Assembly: GCA_046350775.1 (NCBI GenBank)
Contig: JAXLZS010000001.1
Coordinates: 223,930 to 287,929, forward strand
DNA from: Minisyncoccota bacterium
GTDB lineage: Bacteria > Patescibacteriota > Minisyncoccia > Phycocordibacterales > UBA5272
Direction of reading: 5' to 3'
Length of the DNA stretch: 64,000 nucleotides
Notes under the pieces: generated by a model
Told to the model about the DNA's origin: nothing
Databases searched by the model: none
Seen by the model: the letters and a program-made list of their open reading frames with translations, nothing else
In this document: positions 8,974-18,860 of the stretch, one piece after another
Numbering within the stretch: the stretch's first letter is position 1
Layout of the letters: the number at the start of each line of letters is the position of its first letter
Program-made: the position numbers and the translations under genes

Positions 8974-9291
8974 TTATATTCCTAATTCTAATTTTAATTC
9001 TTCGCTTGGCTCCCAAGGCTCATCGAAATCTAATTCTACTTGTGCTTCACCAAAATTAAGAGTATTAACTTCTGTCTCTACTTGAGAAATAATATCATCA
9101 GCAAATGGACACATAATACTTGTGAGGGTCATTACTACTTTTACATATTCATAGACTTTGAAATCTTCGAGATATTCCCCTAATTCTATCTTTCTAATTA
9201 GTCCGAGCTTTACAATATCAATACCGAGCTCTGGATCTATGACTTTTTTGAGAGCTTCTGTGATTTGTAATTTTATTTTTTCTTCATTCAT
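8974..9291 (-). CDS. sufT: SufT / DUF59 (MIP18-family) Fe-S cluster assembly protein
   Basis: 105 aa with the DUF59 pattern ...VIDPELGIDIVKLGLI...VVMTLTSIMCPFADDI (conserved Cys). It lies directly downstream of sufC. Confidence 0.65.
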   Translation of the reverse strand: MNEEKIKLQITEALKKVIDPELGIDIVKLGLIRKIELGEYLEDFKVYEYVKVVMTLTSIMCPFADDIISQVETEVNTLNFGEAQVELDFDEPWEPSEELKLELGI

Positions 9292-9293
9292 AA

Positions 9294-9995
9294 TTAATTT
9301 ACAATATTTAAAATTCCATCTTTCATCTCAAAATGTTTATCTATTTTTACTAGATCAGCAATATCTTCTCTGTGAGAAATAATACAAAAAGCTGTCTCAT
9401 AATTTTTATTAAAATCATTTATAATTTTAAATACTTTTTTAATCGCTGCTTTATCTACACCACTATCAATCTCGTCCATAAAGACAAATTTTGGCTTTAG
9501 AGCAAAAAGATGTAGCATTTCTGCCTGCTTCTTTTCTCCTCCAGAAAATCCAATATTAAGATCTCTTTTTAAGAACTCTTCATCGATACTATACTTTTTA
9601 CAAAAATCTAAAATTTCTTTATTAAAATCTATTACTGATAGATTATTATTTTCGTCTACATTTTTATAAGATCTATAGAGAAACTGTAAAAGATTTACAC
9701 CTTCTATTTCTGGTACATGTTGGAGTGATAGATAGAGACCATTTTTTGCTATTTCAAAAGTTTTAAGATTTGTGAGATCTATATTTTCATTTTCTTTTTC
9801 TAAAATTATTTTTCCATCTACTATCTCATAATTTGGATGTTTAAAAATAGCTGACAAAAGAGAAGACTTTCCAGATCCGTTTTCACCAGTGATTGATACT
9901 ATTTCTCCTTTTTTGAGATCAAAAGTAGCATCAGAAATAATTTCTTCACCATTTCCCACTATTTTAATTTTTAGATTTTGTATTTTTAATTGCAT
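9294..9995 (-). CDS. sufC: SufC-like Fe-S cluster assembly ABC ATPase
   Basis: Walker [14 protein letters not shown] signature FSGGEKKQAEM, Walker B FVFMDEIDSGVD, at a size typical of SufC. It is flanked by sufU and sufT. Confidence 0.75.
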   Translation of the reverse strand: MQLKIQNLKIKIVGNGEEIISDATFDLKKGEIVSITGENGSGKSSLLSAIFKHPNYEIVDGKIILEKENENIDLTNLKTFEIAKNGLYLSLQHVPEIEGVNLLQFLYRSYKNVDENNNLSVIDFNKEILDFCKKYSIDEEFLKRDLNIGFSGGEKKQAEMLHLFALKPKFVFMDEIDSGVDKAAIKKVFKIINDFNKNYETAFCIISHREDIADLVKIDKHFEMKDGILNIVN

Positions 9996-10000
9996 ATTTT

Positions 10001-10399
10001 TTAATTTTTATTATCTATATTTTTGAGTGCATTTTCGAGACATTTGTAAGAAAGAAGTGCACAATTGACTCTACTTGGAGAGATTTTGACTCCTAGCAAT
10101 TCATATATGACTGAAGGAGACCAGAGCTTTAAATCTTGGAGACCTATTCTATCATTTTTAATTTTTTCTGTCATCATACTCATCGCAGCCTGAGAAATGG
10201 CGCATCCAGTACCTGTCCAAGTGACATTTTTTATTTTTCCATTATCCATATCTAAAAATATCTCTGCTCTGTCTCCACAATCTACATTTTCTCCTATTCC
10301 ACAAGTCTCGCACACTTCAAAACCTCTCTCGACTTTGTTTTTCGGATTACGATAATGCTCCAATATGTTTTCTTCGTATAAAAAATCTAAATTATTCAT
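10001..10399 (-). CDS. sufU: SufU/IscU-type Fe-S scaffold or sulfur-acceptor protein
   Basis: Conserved Cys motifs: CGDRAEIFL, then GTGCAISQAAMSMMTE, which parallels B. subtilis SufU GEGCSISMASASMMT. Confidence 0.75.
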   Translation of the reverse strand: MNNLDFLYEENILEHYRNPKNKVERGFEVCETCGIGENVDCGDRAEIFLDMDNGKIKNVTWTGTGCAISQAAMSMMTEKIKNDRIGLQDLKLWSPSVIYELLGVKISPSRVNCALLSYKCLENALKNIDNKN

Positions 10400-10517
10400 A
10401 TATAAAAAATAACATAAAAAATAATTTTATTAGTATTGACATTTTATGAGATATTTAATAGTATAACTGTAGCAAAATTGCACCTTCACAATATTTCAAA
10501 CCAATAAAATTTTAACA

Positions 10518-11573
10518 ATGAGTAATCAACTAAAAATTGACGAGACAATACTTAATACAGTGATTGATCTGGTCGTAAAAAAAGACCAAAAACAAGCAAT
10601 CATTTTTTTAAACACTTTTACACTTACTGAAAAGGATTTAATTTTTACACTTCTTCTCGAGAAAAGAAAATACTACATTGAGAATGGTAATTATGAAAAA
10701 GCCGAAAAACTTTCGGAGTTTACAGGATCCGAACTCAGTGACAGTGAAAAAGAAAGGCTTATACAAAAAAGGATTGTCGACGGCATGTATCATCTTGAAG
10801 ATGTGGTACAAAAAATCAAAGAGTATTTTCCCGAAAAGGACAATGAATTTATCCTGCAGTTTTTTATCACCCAAAAACATTGGTACACAGCTTTGAGATT
10901 CACTAAAGATTCTGCCTTATTACTACCTGAATTTTTTGTAAGAGAACAATTACAGGTAGTAATAAAGAATGGCTATTTGTCTGATTTGTTATCAGTATTG
11001 CATTATATTGAAAGCGAATTAGGAGAAATTCGAAAATTAACAGCCAAAGAAAAAAACGTTTTTTTAGAAAATGTTAAAATTTTTTCTTTGGAAGATTTTC
11101 TAAATCTGGAAATTTTTCTCAACAAAAAATTAGATCCTAAATTACTCCTAACAAAAAGAATGCAAGCTGTAAAAGATGGCCAGTATGATCAAGCTGTGAT
11201 TTTATCTAAAATAACTAATAAAAAGATAAAGCCGGCTGAGCTGGAATTCATGTTAGACAAAATACTTGATAACTACTACAGTTTTTCTGATAACAGCAGA
11301 AAAGATGAGAGGAAAAGATTGGAAAACCAGCTTCCTCTAAATCTGGTCAAGCAAAAAAAGGCAACCTTTTTAAAAGCTAATATTACTGATGGCAACCTGG
11401 CAGGAGCAAAATTTTTAGCAGCCGAACTGGGAAGACAATTAAAAGTAGATGAGTTTAAAGAGATCCTCAGATATTTCATTTTTACTAAAAATGTAGATAT
11501 GGTCTCTAATATCATTAAAGAAATGACAAAAATTTATCCTGAAGAGGCTGCTAAGCTAGAAATATTAAGTTAG
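10518..11573 (+). CDS. Hypothetical alpha-helical protein on the opposite strand inside the suf cluster
   Basis: 351-aa ORF with no recognisable motif. Confidence 0.4.
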   Translation: MSNQLKIDETILNTVIDLVVKKDQKQAIIFLNTFTLTEKDLIFTLLLEKRKYYIENGNYEKAEKLSEFTGSELSDSEKERLIQKRIVDGMYHLEDVVQKIKEYFPEKDNEFILQFFITQKHWYTALRFTKDSALLLPEFFVREQLQVVIKNGYLSDLLSVLHYIESELGEIRKLTAKEKNVFLENVKIFSLEDFLNLEIFLNKKLDPKLLLTKRMQAVKDGQYDQAVILSKITNKKIKPAELEFMLDKILDNYYSFSDNSRKDERKRLENQLPLNLVKQKKATFLKANITDGNLAGAKFLAAELGRQLKVDEFKEILRYFIFTKNVDMVSNIIKEMTKIYPEEAAKLEILS

Positions 11574-11621
11574 AAAAATTAAAAAGAAAGACCGTTAAGA
11601 ATCGTGAAAACGATTCTTTTT

Positions 11622-12899
11622 TTATTTTCTAAAAATTTCTTTAACTTTTTCTAAAGCTCTAAATACTTCATTCACATCTTTCTCGTCATTATAAATATGA
11701 AAAGAAACTCTGGTTAGCCCACCAGGCACACCAAGATAAGTCATCAGCGGCTCAGCACAATGATGTCCTGCTCGCACAGATATATGATATCTGTTAAAAA
11801 TCTCAGCCACATCATGTGGATGCACTTCCTTTTTATTTACTAAAATTTGAAATGAGACTATTCCTACATTGTTTTCACTTTTACCAGAAAAGATTTTTAT
11901 TTCAAATTTATCTTTATATATCTCATTCATCTTTTCAGCTTTTTCAAAAAAGCTAGCTACTAATTTTTGAGAATGTTTTAAAATATTTTCTTTTGACATT
12001 TCTCTTAGGAGATTTATAGCTTCTCCAGCTCCGATCACTCCAGCTATATTGGCAGTGCCAGCTTCAAAGACTTTTATATCACTTCGCAATTCAAAATCTT
12101 CTTTTGAGACATGTGAGACTATGCCACCGCCAATAATAGTCGGCTTCATATTTCTTGAAAAATCTCTCTTGATAAACAGAGCTCCGACTCCTGTCGGGCC
12201 AAAAGCTTTGTGGAGTGAAAAATATCCAACATCAATATAATTTCTTAAATTATTCAGATCAATCTCCATGTGTCCAAAGCTACTTGTCATATCAGAGATG
12301 ACAAGTACATTTTTATTGATATTTTTTATTTCAGAAATTATTTCTTTTATATTATTTATACTTCCAAGCACGTTTGAAGTGAGACAAATAGAAACTATTT
12401 TTGTCTTTTCTGATACAAGATTCTTAATATTTGAAATATCAAGATTAAAATTTTCATCTAATTCTAAAAATTTTAATTTTAGTTTTTTATTTTTAGCTAA
12501 TTTTTGAAGTGGAAGTAATGATGAATGATGTTCAGCTATAGTAGTCAAAATCTCATCACCTTCATTTAGAAAATGGAATTCGTCGTCATGAAGAGAAATC
12601 ATATCTAATAGCATGTTGCTGGCACTAGTAGACCCACTAGTCCAAATAATCTCATCATCTTGACAATTGAGATATTTTGCTAAAATTTTTCTAGATTCAT
12701 CAAATCTGCCAGTAGCTTTTTGAGAAATATTAGAAATAGCCCTATCAATATTTGATCGATAATTAAAATAATATTCATCCATCTTTTTTACAACAGAATC
12801 TGGTGTGAGTGATGAAGCGGCTGAGTCTAAATAAATTAGATCAGCTTCATATTCTTTTTTATAATTTTCAAAAATAGAAAATTTATTTTTAATATCCAT
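11622..12899 (-). CDS. sufS: Cysteine desulfurase, class V aminotransferase (SufS-like)
   Basis: PLP-lysine region FSLHKAFGPTGVGALFIKRD parallels SGHKLYGPTGIGVLY, and the C-terminus has the RAGHHCAEPLM motif with a catalytic Cys. Confidence 0.8.
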   Translation of the reverse strand: MDIKNKFSIFENYKKEYEADLIYLDSAASSLTPDSVVKKMDEYYFNYRSNIDRAISNISQKATGRFDESRKILAKYLNCQDDEIIWTSGSTSASNMLLDMISLHDDEFHFLNEGDEILTTIAEHHSSLLPLQKLAKNKKLKLKFLELDENFNLDISNIKNLVSEKTKIVSICLTSNVLGSINNIKEIISEIKNINKNVLVISDMTSSFGHMEIDLNNLRNYIDVGYFSLHKAFGPTGVGALFIKRDFSRNMKPTIIGGGIVSHVSKEDFELRSDIKVFEAGTANIAGVIGAGEAINLLREMSKENILKHSQKLVASFFEKAEKMNEIYKDKFEIKIFSGKSENNVGIVSFQILVNKKEVHPHDVAEIFNRYHISVRAGHHCAEPLMTYLGVPGGLTRVSFHIYNDEKDVNEVFRALEKVKEIFRK

Positions 12900-12919
12900 A
12901 AATAATATTATAACCCATT

Positions 12920-13870
12920 TTAATTACTAAAAACATCTCTTAATTCATCAGAAAAGTAGAAATAGAAAGCAATAGAGCCAAAAGAGTACTTTTGACCATT
13001 AAGATCAATCTCCGCTCCACCGACTTGCGGATTGGCATTTGGATTCGACTTTGTAAAACCAAGATTATAAACTGTAGCGACTATTTCTGGCCTATCAGAA
13101 ATATCATATCCAGCATTTTTCCAAGCTGTCATGATTTGCTTTAAGTAAAGAGCAGCATATAAATATGAATACATATGATCACGACTATCGGTCAATCTTT
13201 TTATCCTTTCCGCATCATTACCAGTTAATAAAATTGTGGTGGTAGATTCAAGATTTGAAGATGTAGAATTTTTTACTGGCTCAAGTGTATTTTTATCAAC
13301 CAATATAGTAGTCGTAGAATTATTATAATCGAGCATATGCTCATAATAAGGACCCAGATAATATTGGCTATTTTTATCTTTCAAATTAATTTCTATCTGC
13401 TTGGCTGTATTTTCTTTAATTCCATATATGCCTAGACTAAATTGAGTCTGTGTGCCAAGTACAGATAATGGCTGAAAATATTTTTTAAAAGTTGCTCTCT
13501 CACTTGTCATGAGACGAAGTTGCTCTGCCACAAGAGGAGCTATCAAAAGACGAGATGATACATCTGTCTTTTCAGATACCCTATTGATCAATCTTTCATC
13601 TTTTAAAATCCCATCTTTAACTGTCTTCCATTCTGATAAATTTTTAATATATTCCCAATTTTTATTAGCTACTATAGATCTTTCAGATTCTCCGTCATTT
13701 TGAGATTCATTATAAAGATTTTTAAAATATTCTGATTGATTATCAATTAATCCTTTTGTCTTTGTCAGACCAAATTTCATAGCAAAAAATACCAAAGTTA
13801 AAGCAAAGCCCCAGAGAGCAAATATTACAACAATGCTTTTAAAAATATTTTTTAAAACTTTTTTCTTCAT
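12920..13870 (-). CDS. Hypothetical secreted or membrane-anchored protein
   Basis: N-terminal TM VVIFALWGFALTLVFFAM. No recognisable domain. Confidence 0.4.
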   Translation of the reverse strand: MKKKVLKNIFKSIVVIFALWGFALTLVFFAMKFGLTKTKGLIDNQSEYFKNLYNESQNDGESERSIVANKNWEYIKNLSEWKTVKDGILKDERLINRVSEKTDVSSRLLIAPLVAEQLRLMTSERATFKKYFQPLSVLGTQTQFSLGIYGIKENTAKQIEINLKDKNSQYYLGPYYEHMLDYNNSTTTILVDKNTLEPVKNSTSSNLESTTTILLTGNDAERIKRLTDSRDHMYSYLYAALYLKQIMTAWKNAGYDISDRPEIVATVYNLGFTKSNPNANPQVGGAEIDLNGQKYSFGSIAFYFYFSDELRDVFSN

Positions 13871-13885
13871 CTTTTATAATTAAAA

Positions 13886-14278
13886 CTAGTTTAGTATTAT
13901 GTTTTTCACTTCATCAAGTGAAAGGTTTGTTTTTCTTCCTATTACAAGACCCTCACTCTCATGTAGAGGTATGAGATGTACATGTACATGTACATGTGGC
14001 ACCTGCAAACCTTCAACAATTATAGCTATTCTAGAAAAATTTATTTTTCCTTTTATTTTTGATTCTAAAAATAGAGCTACCTTTTTAGATACTTGCATGA
14101 GATCTAAATATTCATGATCATCCAGATCAAAAATATAATCCACTTCTTTCTTTGGTACCACAAGTATATGGCCATCTCTAATAGGATTTATATCAAGCAG
14201 AGCTATGAACTTATCATCTTCATAGACTATATGTCCCGGTATCTCTCTATTTATAATTTTTGTAAAAACACTAGCCAT
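13886..14278 (-). CDS. HIT-family (histidine triad) nucleotide hydrolase
   Basis: The HIT motif is extended to HVHVHVHLIP, with DGHILVVPK upstream. Confidence 0.75.
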   Translation of the reverse strand: MASVFTKIINREIPGHIVYEDDKFIALLDINPIRDGHILVVPKKEVDYIFDLDDHEYLDLMQVSKKVALFLESKIKGKINFSRIAIIVEGLQVPHVHVHVHLIPLHESEGLVIGRKTNLSLDEVKNIILN

Positions 14279-14282
14279 AATG

Positions 14283-14366
14283 TGCGCCGGGCAAGATTTG
14301 AACTTGCGTAGCCCGAAGGGCGACAGATTTACAGTCTGTTGTAATTGACCACTCTACCACCGACGC
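14283..14366 (-). tRNA. tRNA-Tyr (anticodon GTA), type II with a long variable arm
   Basis: The reverse complement folds as a cloverleaf: 7-bp acceptor GCGTCGG/CCGGCGC with one G-U pair, anticodon stem ACAGA/TCTGT with loop CTGTAAA, variable arm GCCCTTCGGGC, and T-arm GCAAG-TTCAAAT-CTTGC. Confidence 0.8.
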
Positions 14367-14487
14367 ATACCTAAAAATCAAATTAAATAAATCTAACTAG
14401 ATTTTCAGATTTCAAAATTATAACATAAAATCCATTAAAAAACAAAAGACCGATGGAAATCGGCCTTAAAAGCTTAGAATTTTTTAG

Positions 14488-14955
14488 CTATTTTTTATTA
14501 CTTGAAAGCAGACTGGAAATTATTGAAAAAATCTTTTTAGGACCTAGATGTAAACTCAAAAAAGATTTCTCTTTTTTAAATTGTGGCAAATCTGTCAACT
14601 CTTTTCCCAAAAACTCTTGGACTCTTTGAATTTTTTTCTTGTACAATCTTTGATTGTATGAAAATCTCACAAGATATACATCCAGCAATACTTTACTGTA
14701 TTTTTCCTTGTGTTTTTTATCTGTCAAAAAAAAGAAAAGTTTTTCAAAAATAACCACATAATCTAACATTAGCTGACCTTTGGTATTTTTTTTATCTTCT
14801 ATTTTATCCAAATAACTTACCAAAATAGAATCTTTTACTTCTCCAGGCTCCAAATCTGAAAAAATCTCCAAAACGGTATCTCTGAATTCATATGGAAAGG
14901 TGTGAAAATAGATTCTAAGACTTTTGTAAAGAGCGTCTAATTCTTTTCGTTTCAT
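14488..14955 (-). CDS. Hypothetical protein
   Basis: 155-aa ORF with no motif. Confidence 0.35.
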   Translation of the reverse strand: MKRKELDALYKSLRIYFHTFPYEFRDTVLEIFSDLEPGEVKDSILVSYLDKIEDKKNTKGQLMLDYVVIFEKLFFFLTDKKHKEKYSKVLLDVYLVRFSYNQRLYKKKIQRVQEFLGKELTDLPQFKKEKSFLSLHLGPKKIFSIISSLLSSNKK

Positions 14956-15054
14956 CTAAAATTAAATTTAATGATTTGTTGAAAAATATTTTACCTATTA
15001 TAATTTAACACAAAAAACATATAAAGTCAAATAAAAAATTGATTTTAATTTTAA

Positions 15055-17721
15055 TTATTTATTTTTCAAAACTTTTTTTAAATATTGTCCTGTATAAGAC
15101 TCTTTTACATTCGAGACATATTCTGGCGTCCCCTGTGCCATCAACTTTCCACCATTTACACCACCTTCTGGACCAATATCGATAATATGATCGGCACTTT
15201 TTACAATATCCAGATTATGCTCAATCATAACTACAGTATTTCCATGATCAACTAATTTATTTAAAATATGTAAAAGTTTTTTTACATCTTCATAATGTAG
15301 ACCAATAGAAGGCTCATCTAAAAGATAAATTGTCTTTTCGATGTGTTGTCTATAAAGCTCACTAGAAATTTTTACTCTCTGCGCCTCACCGCCTGAAAGG
15401 GTGGTAGCACTTTGGCCAAGCTCAAGATATCCAAGTCCCACATCATCAAGACTTTTCATCCTATCATAAACAGCTGGAATACTTTCAAAAAATTTTAAAG
15501 CTTCTTCTACTGTCATACGTAAAATATCATAGATACTTTTGCCTTTATATTTTACTTCGAGAGTCTCTTTCATAAATCTTTTTCCATTACAGACATCACA
15601 AGTCACATAGACTGTCGGTAAAAAGTGCATCTCGACAGCTATCTCACCATTTCCCTCACAAGCTTCACAACGACCACCTTTTCTATTAAATGAAAATCTA
15701 GAATGAGTCCAACCACGAATCCTCGCCTCTTCAGTATTTGCAAAAAGTTCACGGATATGAGTCCATGCTCCTGTATAAGTCGCAGGATTACTTCTTGGAG
15801 TTCTACCAATCGGAGACTGATCAATCATGACTACACGAGATACATATTCTGTACCTGTTATTTCTTCACAATTGTAAACTTTAGCTGTACGATATTTTCT
15901 CTCAAGTCTTCCCAAAAGATTTTTATAAAGAATCTCATACATAAAGCTAGACTTGCCTGATCCTGAGACACCAGTGATGACATTAAACTTTCCAAGAGGA
16001 ACTTTGACATTTAAATTTTTAATATTAAAAACATTTCCATTTTTGACTCTGATTTCAGCACCATTGCCTTCGCGTCTCTTTTTTGGTACTTCAATTTTTT
16101 CTTCTCCTCGGAGATATGCGAGGGTCATAGATTTTGATTTATTAGTCTTGGCTGTCAAAAGCTCATCAAGATACCCGGCGACTATGATTTCTCCGCCATG
16201 CACACCGGCCTTTGGTCCAATATCGACAATATAATCACTAGCAAAAATAGTATCCTCGTCATGCTCTACAACTATGATGGTATTCCCCATATCACGAAGA
16301 TGAGTGAGAGTCTTAATCAATCTGTCATTGTCTCTCTGGTGAAGACCAATGGTCGGCTCATCGAGTACATAGAGAGCTCCGACGAGCTTAGAGCCAAGCT
16401 GTGAAGCAAGACGAATTCTTTGCGCCTCACCGCCAGAGAGAGTGTCTGCCTTTCGACTAAGAGCTAGATAATTTAGTCCTACATCTAGCATAAATTCTAA
16501 TCTAGATTCTATCTCTTTGATTACAACATTTGTGATTTCTAATTCTTTTTTAGTGAAAACATTTTGCAATTTTTCAAAATATTTTTTAGCGTCTTCGATA
16601 GAGAGGCTAGTAATATCTACAATATTAATTCTTTCATCTTTTTTATCAGATAAAAATACATTGAGAGCCTCTTTGCGAAGTCTTTTACCGTGACAATCCT
16701 GACACTCATCGAGTGCTCCAAAATATTTTACTCCTAGACCATTACAAGTCTGACAAGCTCCATAAGGTGAGTTGAAAGAAAATAATCTAGGCTCGATCTC
16801 AGGAAATGAAAATCCGCAATTAGCACAAGCAAATTTATTGCTCATGATAAATTTTTCTATCTCACCTTTTTCATTTGTCATCTCTATCTCTACCAACCCA
16901 TCAGCTTCGTGGAGAGCGCGCTCTATTGATTCACTGAGTCTGACCATGGCATCTTTTTTGCTTGCTAAAAGCTTTAGTTCATCGATCAAGATAAAATCGA
17001 CCACAAAAGAAATATCATGCTTTTTAGTTTTTGATAACTCAATCCTGTCTCTCAAACTTTTTTTCTCGCCATCTATGACTACCTCTTTATATCCTTTACC
17101 TAGCATGTCATAGAGCATCTGATAATACTCACCTTTTCTTCCGCGTACCATTGGAGCCAAAATTCTTACTCCAAGATTTGAAAAGTTCACACCTTTTATA
17201 CTTTTGACTTCTTTTTCAAATTTACGATAATCAATCTTTTTCACTTTCTCTAAAATAAAATTTATTATCTCTTCATTGGAAAGCTTTTCTATTTTATGAC
17301 CACACTCAATACAGTATGGTTTTCCAACTCTCGCATAAAGCACGCGAAGATAGTCGTATATTTCTGTGATAGTGGCCACAGTCGAGCGAGGATTTCTTCC
17401 GGCGCTTTTTTGATCAATAGAAATAGCTGGAGAGAGACCTACTATCTCATCGACATCAGGCTTTTGCATCTGATTGAGAAATTGGCGAGCATAGGCAGAT
17501 AGAGACTCAACGTATCTTCTTTGTCCTTCTGCGAAGATAGTATCAAAAGCTAGAGAAGATTTTCCGCTTCCTGAAAGACCTGTCATGACTATCATCTTGT
17601 GGCGAGGCATTTCTACAGTCACATTTTTTAAATTGTGAGTCCTGGCACCACGGACAATAATATTTTCGATCTCTCTATTATTGTCTTTTTTATTAGATTT
17701 TTCTGTAGTATTTTTTGACAT
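15055..17721 (-). CDS. uvrA: Excinuclease ABC subunit A
   Basis: Two ABC ATPase modules with Walker A motifs [14 protein letters not shown] and [10 protein letters not shown]. Zinc-finger Cys clusters CANCGFSF...CQTCNGLG and CEACEGNG...CDVCNGKR. The signature LSGGEAQR appears twice. Confidence 0.92.
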   Translation of the reverse strand: MSKNTTEKSNKKDNNREIENIIVRGARTHNLKNVTVEMPRHKMIVMTGLSGSGKSSLAFDTIFAEGQRRYVESLSAYARQFLNQMQKPDVDEIVGLSPAISIDQKSAGRNPRSTVATITEIYDYLRVLYARVGKPYCIECGHKIEKLSNEEIINFILEKVKKIDYRKFEKEVKSIKGVNFSNLGVRILAPMVRGRKGEYYQMLYDMLGKGYKEVVIDGEKKSLRDRIELSKTKKHDISFVVDFILIDELKLLASKKDAMVRLSESIERALHEADGLVEIEMTNEKGEIEKFIMSNKFACANCGFSFPEIEPRLFSFNSPYGACQTCNGLGVKYFGALDECQDCHGKRLRKEALNVFLSDKKDERINIVDITSLSIEDAKKYFEKLQNVFTKKELEITNVVIKEIESRLEFMLDVGLNYLALSRKADTLSGGEAQRIRLASQLGSKLVGALYVLDEPTIGLHQRDNDRLIKTLTHLRDMGNTIIVVEHDEDTIFASDYIVDIGPKAGVHGGEIIVAGYLDELLTAKTNKSKSMTLAYLRGEEKIEVPKKRREGNGAEIRVKNGNVFNIKNLNVKVPLGKFNVITGVSGSGKSSFMYEILYKNLLGRLERKYRTAKVYNCEEITGTEYVSRVVMIDQSPIGRTPRSNPATYTGAWTHIRELFANTEEARIRGWTHSRFSFNRKGGRCEACEGNGEIAVEMHFLPTVYVTCDVCNGKRFMKETLEVKYKGKSIYDILRMTVEEALKFFESIPAVYDRMKSLDDVGLGYLELGQSATTLSGGEAQRVKISSELYRQHIEKTIYLLDEPSIGLHYEDVKKLLHILNKLVDHGNTVVMIEHNLDIVKSADHIIDIGPEGGVNGGKLMAQGTPEYVSNVKESYTGQYLKKVLKNK

Positions 17722-17868
17722 CTACCTATAATAGCATTTTATTTTAATTTTTAAAACTGAATTTAAGTCTAATTTAATAAATTTATTTTATATATTGACA
17801 AATATTTATAATTATATTAGTATAAGATTAGTAACATAAACAAAATTCTTTAATGAAAAACAAATAAG

Positions 17869-18123
17869 ATGGGAAATTTTAAAAAAATACTAGAAATGCC
17901 ATTAAGTGAATTTGGAACTCTTTCAAATGACGCTAGAGAAATATTCATATTTCTTGGGTGTAAAAATTTTAAAGATATGCTAAAAATCTTACAAGCTTGC
18001 CCTAAAAATCCAAATTTATCTGTAAACTCAAAAAGAAGAAAGAATTTGCTAAAACAAATCAAAGAAACTATTGAGAAAAATGGATTTGGAACACAAAAGA
18101 TTTCAATACTAAAGGATCTTTAA
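17869..18123 (+). CDS. Small hypothetical protein
   Basis: 84-aa ORF followed by a strong terminator. Confidence 0.3.
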   Translation: MGNFKKILEMPLSEFGTLSNDAREIFIFLGCKNFKDMLKILQACPKNPNLSVNSKRRKNLLKQIKETIEKNGFGTQKISILKDL

Positions 18124-18129
18124 CAAAAT

Positions 18130-18160
18130 TAATCCCCGCGAGTTGCGGGGATTGTTTTTT
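18130..18160. terminator. Rho-independent terminator hairpin atccccgcgagttgcggggat plus T-run
   Basis: GC-rich 8-bp stem, 5-nt loop, T(7) tail. Positioned between convergent genes. Confidence 0.8.
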
Positions 18161-18783
18161 TATTTAATTTCCAAGCTTCTTATTAAATCTTTTGCTATAT
18201 TTTGTGTAGAAGTAGAATTAGCTTTTGTATTTTCCACAATCGCGAGCCATGGCTCACCATTTACACCTTTTACACTAGAAATATAATATTCTGCATTATC
18301 TTTTTCATTAACTACATATTTTATAGAAGCAGTATCTTCATTAGCAAATTTTACATCTTGAATTTTCACATTTTCATTATTATCTTTATCTATCACTTCT
18401 TGTATATAATCATTCACTGACCAACCTCTCGCTCCTTCATAAGTAAAATAAAGAGTCACAAAATTATCTCCGCCCTTATCGACAAGCATAAACCATTTAT
18501 TTTGACTTCCTTTTCCTTGGACTACCTTATTATCATTATGATGTAAAAATGAAAATTCTAAAGATTGAGGACCTTCAAAAAAAGATTCTACTTTTCCTTC
18601 AAATTTAGAATAATCTTTACTATCAGCAATATCTATTTGACTCTCAGAGTCTTTATTCCAAATCTTTAAAGAATGACCCTTAAGACCTCTTGAGAGGACT
18701 ACACCGGCCAAAATCAATACTAAAATAGCAATCAAAATCAAGATAGTTTTTTTACTTTTAAAATTAATGTTTTTTATGTTCAT
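18160..18783 (-). CDS. Hypothetical membrane-anchored extracytoplasmic protein
   Basis: N-terminal TM TILILIAILVLILAGVVL. No recognisable motif. Confidence 0.4.
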   Translation of the reverse strand: MNIKNINFKSKKTILILIAILVLILAGVVLSRGLKGHSLKIWNKDSESQIDIADSKDYSKFEGKVESFFEGPQSLEFSFLHHNDNKVVQGKGSQNKWFMLVDKGGDNFVTLYFTYEGARGWSVNDYIQEVIDKDNNENVKIQDVKFANEDTASIKYVVNEKDNAEYYISSVKGVNGEPWLAIVENTKANSTSTQNIAKDLIRSLEIK

Positions 18784-18860
18784 ATATTTTTATTAATCCC
18801 ATTAAATAACTATATATATGATAGCACTTACAAAAATTATTGAAATCTTGACTTTTTTTA

